A DNA stretch of 63,765 nt, the filler included, from Neoconidiobolus thromboides FSU 785 (taxonomy: Eukaryota; Fungi; Entomophthoromycota): NCBI GenBank assembly GCA_025603075.1. It is 4 parts of 4 records of this genome, joined end to end, with 100 filler letters (N's around TTAATTAATTAA, not from the genome) between each part and the next. Parts side by side here need not be neighbours in the genome. Positions count along the whole stretch, not along the records: positions 52,841 to 57,028 come from MU626791.1; positions 57,129 to 63,765 come from MU626725.1; 2 more parts are not named here. One strand, written 5' to 3'. Of this stretch, positions 52,841 to 63,448 are shown piece by piece. A program made the position numbers and the translations under genes. Each line of letters starts with the position of its first letter. The stretch's first letter is position 1. The notes under the pieces are model-generated. The model ran no database searches and was not told the DNA's origin. It was given only the letters and a program-made list of their open reading frames with translations.

Positions 52841-52947
52841 CAACTAATAAGACTACTAAAGTAAATCTAAATAGAGAGATAACTGAATTTAATATTGATT
52901 CTATTACAAACAATATCACAGTTAATTCAACTAATGATTTCAAGTAA
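52841..52947 (+). CDS. 3' end of a paralog of the Kelch membrane protein (remainder in gap)
   Basis: STNKTTKVNLNREITEFNIDSITNNITVNSTNDFK* aligns with the C-terminus of 54203-56029 (SSNRLTKINPIDETISFDINSIKNN...FVNSASNFK*). Confidence 0.7.
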
Positions 52948-53099
52948 GTTATTAAATTATAGCTTTATTACTTTATAAATAGTAATCGCTGTGTTCGGCA
53001 ATTTTTATTTGCTAATAGGCTGATAGGATTGATTTCATCTTTAGTTATATTGTTATTAAAATTTGAAGGAGTTAGAAATTCTCAAGTGCTTTATTATCG

Positions 53100-53500
53100 G
53101 AAGTAAAATATGCTGGTATCACGAAACAAGGGAATGTGGTTTAAATGTAAGAGGGGGAACAGATAACTTAAAAAGGTTGAATCAAAACAACAAGGCAACT
53201 TCTGGGAGATACTCTAATTTAAAGGTACCTATTGGGATCTGAATAAGATAGTTATATCTGTTTTAGATTCAATTTTATACAAACTTATCTAGATGTTGAA
53301 TAGGATGAATTAGCATTTGGTGGAATAGGGATGAATTTAGTTGAAAGGTTTGAATAGCAAAAATGAACAGCCCAAGCCTTGATATTTATAATGAATGACT
53401 GGGCAAATAACATAAAAGCCTTAAAAGCTTCAATAATTTGATTAAAACAAAGTTGAAGGGAGTCAAAGACGAATTTGGTCAAATAAGTCAAAATTGAAAC
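53100..53500 (+). mobile_element. Possible eroded LINE RT C-terminal fragment
   Basis: EVKYAGIT (cf. VKYLGI) followed by AFGGIGMNL...AQAL (cf. GGLGIxxL...AL), with stops between them. Confidence 0.35.
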
Positions 53501-54202
53501 CTGAAGCTCCTAATAAACTTTACATTTTTTATATCTATATTTCTTATTTAAATCATAAAAATTATCACTTTTTTGGTTTAAATTTGTGCTATGTAGGGAT
53601 AATTTTATTAGCAATAATACAACCTATCATACAGATTTGAAGCTTGAAGCTTTACTTTTTATTCTTAAATGAACAGCTAGCCACCATCATCATATATGGA
53701 AACTAAAGCAGCTGTACAAAATTGATTTTATACATTTAGTGCTCTCTAAGGAGCAAGTCAGCTTTGGCTAGTTTATTTTAGAAAAAAGAGTAAGTTTTCA
53801 GTCAGATGTTTTAATTTTATAGTTGTAGTTATAAAATATGCTTAAATAGAGAAAAGTAAGAAATTCAAAACTAAGTCATAGGAATTAATGTTGACTTTTA
53901 TAATTTTTAGTCAGAGATTTAAGCAATTTGGTAATACATTTTCAAGTGGTTAATCTTCTTTAAAATTGTAGTAAAGTTGTAGTGCAAAAAAGGGTTATTC
54001 CAAATTAACACTAATCTATGATATCAGGAATAGTCGGAAATGAATAGAATTTTGTCTTTAATATGTTAAATAAAGCTTCCACTTTACCCTTTATTTAATT
54101 TATTAACACTGAGGCCAGATAGTTAAAGGCTTCATTCAAATAGAGCTAGAGGAAGCAATAAAACTAAAAAAGACATTATAATCAGAGAGTTAGGATAAAG
54201 AT

Positions 54203-56029
54203 ATGATTTGTAGTGCATATCTATTGACAATAGCGTTATTTTCATTAATAACAAGTGTAAATAGCAACGAGTTTGAGAAAATTAAGAATAATAACAAAGT
54301 ATTTATAAAATGTAGCACGATATTATATGATCAAATATTGTTAGTTCATAACACAGTGAAAAGGAAAGAGATCAATAGCAAAGAAGAAGCAAGTGAGAAT
54401 GAAGTAAGCTTAAACAATAGTCACTTTTTAGTCAACTTAACTTCATCTATGAACTTACACCAAATTTATTCAAATGTCAACTTAAAGATGAACGTTATAA
54501 AAAACAGATACGATTTACATTTTTTCACGTATGAAAACAATTTAAACGTTGCAATAACACTAGATAAATTTCATTCAAATAATAAATTTAATAATGACAA
54601 TAACAATTATTTAGAATTATATACAGTTAATTTAAGGGATCAAATATGGTTGGTTAAAGGCAGCATGCTCGAATCTATAAATGAATTTAGTGGTAATACA
54701 ATAACGAACACCAAAGATAGTTTATACTCTTATGGTGGCTGGCAATTAAGCTTGGATACTAATACTCCTATATCAAATAATAAACTTTTAGGCTTTAACC
54801 TAACTTACAGTGTTTCTTCTCAAGCTAGATTTAATATTGATTCGAGTATGCCTCCCAATGCGTTCCATACGGCTACTATGATAAATTCTACTACTATGAT
54901 TATACTTGGTGGTATACATAACAAAAATAACGATACTATTAAGCCTGGAAGCGAGAAGAATGCAAACGGTCCAAATAATTTTGAAGAGCCAGGAATAACA
55001 AATTTAAAGTATGCTCATATGTACAATACAGATTTGAGGTTATATAAGAAAATAGAAACAAAGGATTATGATGATAGAGTAAGAATGGGACACTCTGCTA
55101 CTTATTTATCTGATATGAATTGTATATTAGTTTATGGTGGTACAGATAAAGTAAATAATTACACTATTTTATATAATGATATTCAACTATTAAATTTAAC
55201 TGATTGGAAATGGACAAAAATTATCATAAAGGATTTCAATGATGAGGTATTTAATGTTGGTAGAGCATGGCATTCAAGCGAGTTGATTGATAATAGAATA
55301 GTGTTTTTTTATGGTGACATCAACTACTACAATTATAACTATAATTATGATATTATTGCAATTAAATTAGACTCACTTGATTCAGGAAAGAAAGCAATTA
55401 AGTTGAGTAATACAATTGGACCAGCAATAAAAAAAGATGAAGAAGACTTTAATAAACTATATACATCGGATGAATACACCAAATATAATGGAGATGGATA
55501 CAAATCAAAGTTCGCAAATCCAAGCTCTTTAAATACATCCGATCTTGTTGGTATTGTACTTGGAATAATTATATTTCTTATATTGTTAGCATGTACATCC
55601 TACTATTTTATAAATGATTATAGAAAAAGGAATTTGATTAACAAGTTTAACGTTGTTGAAGTAGCCCCATCTTCGTCTTATTTAACATCCTTAAATGTAG
55701 CCTTACCTAATACTAGCAGTGGAGATGAATATGGGATTTGGGATTTGGATTCCCATTATGCTAATTCAATTCATAGTTTAGAAATTGAATTTAGTAAATT
55801 TAAAGAACCAATGAAGCTATGTCATCATAATAGTAATATCTCATCTAATAGACTAACTAAAATAAATCCAATTGATGAGACAATTTCATTTGATATTAAT
55901 TCAATCAAAAATAATACAGTTGCTAATTCTACTACACATAACACATTTGTTGATCCTATTACAAATGATACCATGGCCAATACAATTATAAATGATACCT
56001 TCGTTAATTCAGCTAGTAATTTCAAGTAG
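54203..56029 (+). CDS. Type I membrane protein with Kelch/galactose-oxidase-type beta-propeller, intronless
   Basis: Signal peptide. Kelch blades LYSYGG, AFHTATMIN..MIILGG, RMGHSAT..ILVYGG and GRAWHSS..IVFFYG. TM LVGIVLGIIIFLILLACTSYYFI followed by RKR. Confidence 0.88.
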   Translation: MICSAYLLTIALFSLITSVNSNEFEKIKNNNKVFIKCSTILYDQILLVHNTVKRKEINSKEEASENEVSLNNSHFLVNLTSSMNLHQIYSNVNLKMNVIKNRYDLHFFTYENNLNVAITLDKFHSNNKFNNDNNNYLELYTVNLRDQIWLVKGSMLESINEFSGNTITNTKDSLYSYGGWQLSLDTNTPISNNKLLGFNLTYSVSSQARFNIDSSMPPNAFHTATMINSTTMIILGGIHNKNNDTIKPGSEKNANGPNNFEEPGITNLKYAHMYNTDLRLYKKIETKDYDDRVRMGHSATYLSDMNCILVYGGTDKVNNYTILYNDIQLLNLTDWKWTKIIIKDFNDEVFNVGRAWHSSELIDNRIVFFYGDINYYNYNYNYDIIAIKLDSLDSGKKAIKLSNTIGPAIKKDEEDFNKLYTSDEYTKYNGDGYKSKFANPSSLNTSDLVGIVLGIIIFLILLACTSYYFINDYRKRNLINKFNVVEVAPSSSYLTSLNVALPNTSSGDEYGIWDLDSHYANSIHSLEIEFSKFKEPMKLCHHNSNISSNRLTKINPIDETISFDINSIKNNTVANSTTHNTFVDPITNDTMANTIINDTFVNSASNFK

Positions 56030-56416
56030 GTTACTAACTAATGCTCTTTTGTTTTCTTTTTAAAAAATTAAATAATAAACTTTTTTACTGTTCTATTTTT
56101 TATTGAAACTATACTTTTATCTTGTACTATTTTTAATATTTGATAAAATGTGATATTATGGTAGTAAATTGTTCAGTTTAGAAAAAAAATTCATAAAGAT
56201 ATCAGTTGAGTTTGTTTTCTTTGAGGACTTATAATCAGAATCAAAAAATACACCTAATTGAGCTAGTTGGCCATTAGCCATCACATCAAAAGTTTGGTCC
56301 CTTAGTAGACTTACGGCAGTGCTCTTTTTAAACAACAGTAATTTTAACTAATAATCTGTAGAATTAACCAACATCTAGTTTTGATAAAGATCTGTTTGCT
56401 TTATTATTAGTTAAAC

Positions 56417-56523
56417 ATATGGGGATGTTTTTTTTTGACTTCATTACTTTTTCCATCTTTTAAGCGCTATTTGAGTGGAAAAATTGTTAGTACAATCCTT
56501 AAATGAAAAATGGATCTCCATAT
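56417..56523 (-). mobile_element. ~105-bp foldback MITE-like element
   Basis: ATATGGGGATGTTTTT...TAAGCGCTATTTGAGTGG...TCTCCATAT. Confidence 0.85.
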
Positions 56524-56564
56524 TATTGTACTAAGTTTGGTTACTATAACTATAAATAAGTATC

Positions 56565-56659
56565 ATAAGGAGATGTGTTTCAAAGAATTTTACTACAATT
56601 ATTCTACTCAAACAGTGTTTGGAAATAGAAAGGTGATAAAATCAAAAAACACTCCTATA
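56565..56659 (+). mobile_element. Diverged MITE-like copy
   Basis: ATAAGGAGATGTGTTTCAAAGAATTTTACTAC...CTACTCAAAC...AAAAAACACTCCTATA. Confidence 0.75.
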
Positions 56660-56851
56660 GATAGTATCTGTTTTTAAAAAAATAGATTCGACACAACGTC
56701 AATCCAGAAGAAAAACGCACTTTAGTAAAAATAAAAAATGTATGCCCTTGTGTAGGATTGAATAAAGAACTTTCTATATATTAAATAATAGTTTTTGTGA
56801 ATCTTTGTAAACAGAGCTTCTTTTATTAAATAAAATTTTCTTGATATTACT

Positions 56852-56957
56852 ATATGGGGATGTATTTTTCTGCTTAAGAATTTTACTAATAATTTTTCCA
56901 CTCAAATAGCGCTTAAAAGATAGAAAAAGTAACGAAGTAGAAAAAACACCCTCATAT
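56852..56957 (+). mobile_element. ~105-bp foldback MITE-like element
   Basis: ATATGGGGATGTATTTTT...CCACTCAAATAGCGCTTAAAAGA...ACACCCTCATAT. Confidence 0.85.
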
Positions 56958-57028
56958 TTAGTTTTTATTAAATACTTTTATGTTCAACTAGTAAACAAAG
57001 CACTAGTTAAATTGAAAATTAAAAAAAC

Positions 57029-57128
57029 NNNNNNNNNNNNNNNNNNNNNNNNNNNNNNNNNNNNNNNNNNNNTTAATTAATTAANNNNNNNNNNNNNNNN
57101 NNNNNNNNNNNNNNNNNNNNNNNNNNNN
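57029..57128. other. Assembly gap: 44 N + TTAATTAATTAA + 44 N
   Basis: Same linker structure as at 24957. Confidence 0.95.
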
Positions 57129-58465
57129 TAGCTATTTTCATAAAAAGGCTTTCTAATATAAAAACTAGATAGCCTATACCTTTGAAATTAAAATTGTGGA
57201 GTATGAATTTAGTTAATGTAACAGCAGATGATACCCCAGTAACATAATACTAATGATAGAAAACGTTTATAATAATTTAGGTAACTACATTATTATAATA
57301 TGTTTAAATGGTAGTTGATTAAACAAGATATCAATTAACCAAGCATAGGATCATATTGAATGAAATAAAAATGGATGGTACAAAATATACTTATCTTGGA
57401 CTTCCCCTAATATAAAATTTCTATCATATTTTAGCCCCCTTATAAATAATTTTTACCTATATTTGAAAGTGTATTTGGTTTAATCCTATTCAAGTTAAGT
57501 CTATAGTTAACGCTCCGCAATTGTTTGTTGATCTATTCAGTCAATATAATTATGAGCCACAAGTTGAAGCCCAAGTCTAATTATAACTTAAATGTAGTAT
57601 AGTAATAATTTTATTAAATTTAAGTTTTTATGATAGAAGAGAGGATAAACCAAATAAATCGTGTCTTCTCAAATACTTTAAACGTCTTTTTTCTTTCGGG
57701 TATCGGTTCCGAATATTTTATTTAATACAAAAATTTTAAATCAAAAATTAATAAACTTAAAGCGCTGAACCATTGAGAGCAGCCTGTTTAAGAACTCAAA
57801 GATATAGTTCAGCTCATTCTTAAATTTGGTTGATATAAGAAGGTAAAATAGTAATTTCTTGATTCTAATTTCTGGAGGATATCTCAATAAATGAGAAGAG
57901 GATTGTAATTATAGGTAAATGATGGGATTGTCAGTGGATTAAGTGAGTTAAAGTGCAACTTTTATGTAAAGTCCATAATCGTGTAGAAGAGATAAAAGGC
58001 CTTATCAAAAAGCCAAAATAAAAAATTAGACAAATAGTGGGAGGAATGAGATAAGTTAAATGTAGATAGTATCTGGAACAATAAAGGTAACACAAGGGAT
58101 TCATTACGAAAACTTATGAAAGTGTGGAATTTAGTGGGAAGTAATGGCAGCAGTTGATTGAGACGAACTCGAATTCGGAAATGGTATTCAAAAGAATAAA
58201 TGCTATATAGGCATCTTTCCAGAGGTTATAGCAAACATGCATCTAGGGTTTTTAGCTGGAAAAGGTTAGATAAAAGAGTAAATCAACAAAAAGAGTTTAG
58301 ATAAAGATAAGTCTATATTTTTTATTAGGATTACAAATATAATCTTACTGAAAGTATCAAATGCGGAGCATGATTTGAGCTTTCTAATCAAAGTAAGCTG
58401 GTTTTTTGAGGCTCTAATTGAATAGGTTTAACAACTTATATAAAATACATCAAATTACTTTGATC

Positions 58466-58574
58466 ATATGGGGGTGTTTTTTTTTTTGCTTCATTGTTTT
58501 TTTCATCTTTTAAACATTATTTGAGTGGAAAAATTGTTAGTGAAATTCTTAAACACAAAAATACATTCTCATAT
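58466..58574 (-). mobile_element. ~105-bp foldback MITE-like element
   Basis: ATATGGGGGTGTTTTT...TTTGAGTGGAAAAATTG...AATACATTCTCATAT. Confidence 0.85.
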
Positions 58575-58714
58575 ATTTTGACATTTATACCAGAGTCCAT
58601 CCTTAATTCAAATCTTAGTTTGAGTTGAATGATTATGGAACTATTAATTATACTCTTTTAAACTAGCCATATTAAATTTTATAGTTCACTAAACAATAGA
58701 CTAGAAAATTTAAT

Positions 58715-58815
58715 ATATAAGAGATGTATTTCTTCAAGAATTTTACTAACAATCTTTCTGCTCAAACGGCGCTTAAAAATGGTAAAAGTGGTAAAATCAA
58801 AAAACACTCTCATAT
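58715..58815 (+). mobile_element. ~100-bp foldback MITE-like element about 130 bp upstream of the GPCR-like ATG
   Basis: ATATAAGAGATGTATTT...GCTCAAACGGCGCTTAAAAA...ACACTCTCATAT. Confidence 0.8.
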
Positions 58816-58948
58816 CATGTTTTATGTTCTATTTGAAAAATCAAATAAATACAATTTATTATAGAACAAGTTAATCAATTAAATAAATAAAAGTTATCAG
58901 ATATAAAATTATAAAAAAACACTTTCCTTTTAACTTTTAACTTTGAAG

Positions 58949-59841
58949 ATGAATATCTCTCGTGAATTTAATATGAATTTAACTAACTTTTTCTCTAATT
59001 CAATATCATTAACTCTCATTCTATTCTGTTTTTTTTATTTACTATTATATCATATTATAACAAAGAGATTAACCGTTCAATTACTTACAAATCGTCCTTA
59101 TGTATACTATTAAGTGACTTAATCTATAATTTAAGGTTAATACTTGGAACAATACTTTATGAATATAAGTCACCATCAGTTTGTTATTTAAGGATTTGGA
59201 TGGTTTCATTTGATATTTCAAGTTCAATGTTATACTCAATAGTCATAGCAGTGGTCTATCTAATCAATATAAAATATCAATACAAAATCACAAAGTTAAT
59301 TAAACGCTTAATCCTTATAATTTCAATATTGATATCGTTGACAATAAGTCTATCACCCATTGCATTTAACAAAATTGATGCTACAGAAAAGAGCTGTGGA
59401 TACAGAACTGAAAAGGGAGGAGAATATTGGTTAGTAGTATGTAATTTTTTAACAGTATTTGTAGGGGTAATAGTAATACCAATTACATATACAGTACTAA
59501 TTTACCATCTAATAAAGAAGAAAAGAGAGTTAAATAAGACAAATATCAAATTAAATAGAAGTGGTCTGGATATTAGCTATTACACCCTTTATAGATTAGC
59601 TTTATACCCATTGGTACCAATCATTGCACATGGTGTTACTATTTATTTATCAATTGGTGCTCTTTTAGGAATATCAATTGATAGTTACTCTGTGCATATT
59701 TTGAGCTTAATTTTAACTTTCTTTTCTAGTATACAAGGGCTTATAAACTCAATTTTATATCTTACTAACTCAATCTTCTTAAAAGAGATAAATGTTCTTA
59801 CTGATAAGTTATTTGGATCTGACTATTATAAATCATTATGA
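58949..59841 (+). CDS. 7TM GPCR-like protein (cAMP-receptor/Git3-like), with a 1-nt frameshift in a T8 run near 59029-59036
   Basis: ATG 58949 frame gives TM1 (NSISLTLILFCFF). Adding one T continues LFTIISYYNKEINRSITYKSSLCILLSDLIYNL...PSVCYLRIW into the 59200 ORF. That ORF has further TMs, a KSCGY loop Cys, RLALYPLVPII and SSIQGLINSILYLTN. Confidence 0.7.
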
Positions 59842-60349
59842 TTAGTAGAGTTTTTTTGATCAACAATAAATTCGATCCTCACTCAAAAAGCATAGTATTC
59901 ACATTTAATAGATTATAGCCCTAAGTTCAATTTCATACAATATAGTCAATCTTGTAAAAATCTTTTAATTCTAATATTTTATCCATAGCTTTTTTGTATT
60001 CCTTGTTTAAATAAACCAAGTACTCGTAAAGATCTGCTATAAAAAATAAAGTACTAAAAGCTATTTATTGTTTGTTTATACAAATTATCAATTTAAGCTT
60101 AGCAAGAAGCTTTTAAACTATGTACATAATTTATTGTTAAACTTTTATTATTTATCCTGATAGCTTCAATCTAGGTTAGCAATCTTTATGTAGCGAATCT
60201 CACAAGCAAATGAAATGTGTTTTTTTTTTCATTGAGATGGTAGGGGTTATTCATAGTAAAAAAGATTACTATCAATAAAGATCTTTTAGTATTAGGACTG
60301 ACAAATACCTAAATATTCGATGGTAACATCAAGCTAGATTGATTTGTGA

Positions 60350-60925
60350 TGACAAGCTTGTAACTTCTTCTGAAGCTACTGTTGGGGTAGATAGAATTTT
60401 CTATTTGATTAATGAGGCCCATAGTCTTTGTACATCTATAAAATTTTTAGAAGATCAATACAGTTAAGTACCAGATTGAAATATTGATAATTTTATAGAT
60501 ACAGAAGAAAATTTTAATTTTTTAAACTCTAGTATTACTTCATTATAAACACTAAACTTTGTAAAACTTTTTTATAGATTATCTGTGTTATATATCTACT
60601 AAAATTTCTCTAATAAAGCTTTGGTAGTTTTTATCTAAACATATAGTAGAGCTAAGATAGTAACTCATTGTTAAAGATATTCGAGTAGAAATGTTTGTTT
60701 TCAAAGCCTTAGCTTTTGACTATAGATGGACTGCAAAGTTAGTTTTGTGATTGTTCAACTACTAAAATTTTACAATACAGTTATTTATATCTCAATATCA
60801 TACTAGTAAATATAAAAGAAATGAAATTGGAAATGTTTTCATCAGGAATGGAAGATCCTAATTCTTTGCAAAGGAAAACATGCTCTTACGTCCATCTTTG
60901 ATTCTAAGCTGGCAACGGTATGAAA
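60350..60925 (+). pseudogene. Possible RecQ-like helicase relic
   Basis: KLVTSSE, FYLINEAH (cf. DEAH) and FSSGMEDPN (cf. FGMGIDKPN) occur in the expected order. There are many stops and the spacing is shorter than canonical. Confidence 0.22.
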
Positions 60926-61224
60926 GCCATAATTCCTTAACCTAAAGGTTAGAAACCTGGACCATTTCTCGATTTTTCTGCTTTACATTTGAAGAATATT
61001 TTTTCATTATTTAGAATGTTTTTTTACCTCAATAATTTACTAGAGATATTTCTAGATTTTGTTTCGTAAAAAATGCATTTTGGTGCTAAAATGTTCGCTT
61101 CAAAAATGAGATTTATTTACTAAAATTAATAATATATTACAGCCTTTAAATAAAAAATATAAGTTATTTAGTTTATTTGGGAATAAGTGCGACTCTAGTA
61201 CTAATCTAGTGTTTGGTTCAGAAT

Positions 61225-61350
61225 TTAAGGCCAGTGACGATGAGTCCCACTATTAAAGAATTTTCCAGCAGCTGGTTGATTATTGATCGAAACTGAGGCG
61301 ATTGAAGACAAGATGTAAACAGTGTAAGCGATGAGTAAAGTAACTTGCAT
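61225..61350 (-). CDS. 41-aa secreted peptide precursor, copy 1: MQVTLLIAYTVYILSSIASVSINNQPAAGKFFNSGTHRHWP
   Basis: Own translation (below the ORF-track cutoff). AAA-ATG context, hydrophobic leader and exact length match to the paralog at 63449-63574, with several synonymous differences. Confidence 0.8.
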   Translation of the reverse strand: MQVTLLIAYTVYILSSIASVSINNQPAAGKFFNSGTHRHWP

Positions 61351-62054
61351 TTTGTTTATAGTTGATAAGTACCTAACACAATTAAATTTTATAAAGGTGA
61401 TAAAATTACTTATATTTATATTTTTTGGTAAAATTATAGAACTATACTAAAAACATTAGATGTATTACTACCCATGGCAATTCAATTAAACTTTATAGTT
61501 TGATTTCTTTATGACCTGATTTATGTCAATAGCTCGTGGTATATATCCCACTGTCGTTGACCAAATACATACTTGATTTACGGTTATAGTGTATCATTAT
61601 TAGTTGCTTCTAATTTAAAAACTCTATATTTATGTTTTATAATTTGAATAAAAAAAATAGATTTCTCATATTTTTATACACCCTTTTAATAAATATATTT
61701 AAAACCTAGGTCCACTTAAGTTTATAAATATTCATCCGGTACATATTGACTTATAAAAATAAGTTAATAGTCGTTTTTGGCTATTTCGTATCTATTAGTC
61801 ATTTTCACGTTATTGTTATATAAAATTATTTTCATTACAATTTGATATTATAAAATACTTAACTGTTAACAACTTGTTGTTTTGAGCTGTCGACTATATG
61901 GTCTCTAATCTTGTATTAATTGTTATTACCTTGACATCATTGTCTATTTTATAGTTATTTGACTTTTAGCTCAGGTAATAACGAAATTAGAAAAAAGTAC
62001 AAACATTGAAGTTGAAGGAACTTTTAATGTGTGTTTCTTTAGAAATATTGATAA

Positions 62055-62160
62055 ATATGGGGATGTATTTTTTTGTTTAAGAATTTTACTAACAATCTTT
62101 CTGCTCAAATAGCGCTTAAAAAGTGGAAAAGTAATGAAACCAAAAAAAACACTCCCATAT
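62055..62160 (+). mobile_element. ~105-bp foldback MITE-like element
   Basis: ATATGGGGATGTATTTTT...CTCAAATAGCGCTTAAAAAG...ACACTCCCATAT. Confidence 0.85.
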
Positions 62161-62789
62161 ACTAAATATAACCAAAGTATTATAGTCCAATAAAAAATCG
62201 AGTTTAACCTAAAATTGAATCCCTTTGAAATTTAACTGATTTTATAATTTAGCTCTTATATTTAAAATTGGAGTACAAATTACTAAACTTATTAAGTTAT
62301 CCATAAAAAACTAGTATAATATATTTGGTACTCTTAAAAAAAGATTATTAATATCTGAGATAGATTATTTGTATCATTAGATTTAGAAGCGTAGGATACA
62401 AGACTTTGATTAGAATAATAGTTTTAATCAATAAAGTACAAATGATATCTCAGTAACGAGAAGAACCTCAACAAGTATTGGGTATTATTATTATCCTTTA
62501 GTTTTAGCAAAAGTGTAGTGATAAAAGATATTGAACAAGTTGCTTGGATTAACCAGGTTTAGTTTCCTACAGTTAAAGCAAGAAATGATCATCAAAGAAT
62601 AGATCAAGCACAAGTTTCCCTTAGTATAAAATATCTAATAAGGTTTAGTCCCATGTATATAGCTTTGACTTATTTAAAAATGTGATCGATTTAGTCCTAA
62701 TCAAGTTAATACAATGTATAATACCCCTTTATTGTTCACTATTTTATTCCATTAATATAATTAATGAACCACGAGTTGAGATAGAAGTC

Positions 62790-62895
62790 TATGAGAGTGT
62801 GTTTTTTGACTTCATTGCTTTTCTCATCTTTTAAGCGCTATTTGGTAAAAAAAATCGTTAGCGAAACGCTTAAATACAAAAATATATCCCCCTAT
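62790..62895 (-). mobile_element. ~105-bp foldback MITE-like element
   Basis: TATGAGAGTGTGTTTTT...TAAGCGCTATTTG...AATATATCCCCCTAT. Confidence 0.8.
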
Positions 62896-63448
62896 GGTAT
62901 TCTAGAAAAAATGATGTAATTTTGTAAACCTTTAGTTTTCATGAAATACAAAATATCAAAATATTACAATAAAATATGAAATTTGGTTTAAAGATATAGA
63001 GCCAAAGTGCAGATGTATATATTTTAGTGAAGTGGTAAAACAATAAATAATAAGTTGATGTTAGCAAACATGAATTTGTTAAAATCGTAAACTTATCAAT
63101 ATTCTATTTATTTTAGCACATTAAAGTTTTGTATGACTAAAATCTCAAGCATATTCGTTAACACATCAAGTTTTATCAATATAAAGCAAATTTAAAATTA
63201 TCTTTGATGTAGGAATATGTTCAAGGTCTAGTACAATTTTATTCAATTTTACTGTGTATAAAGAGTGAAAAAATAATACATTGTCATATCTAAATATTCT
63301 ACTATTAATAAAATAATAAACTTTTAACTTTCATGATTTACAATAAATATTGTTATTTGGAGGTATTCAAAATAGTGTTATTTCTATATCTTTGTCTTTA
63401 TTTCTAAGTAATATCTCTCTAATAGTCATCTAAGATATGATTTAATGT

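Noticed and set aside
62400-62760. Coding-like patch between the two peptide genes
   Set aside because: Interrupted by stops, with no recognisable motif; cannot be assigned.
6709-62895. Repeat family as CRISPR-like or tRNA-derived SINE
   Set aside because: Copies are dispersed in both orientations without spacer periodicity. They have terminal inverted repeats and lack A/B boxes or a poly(A) tail.
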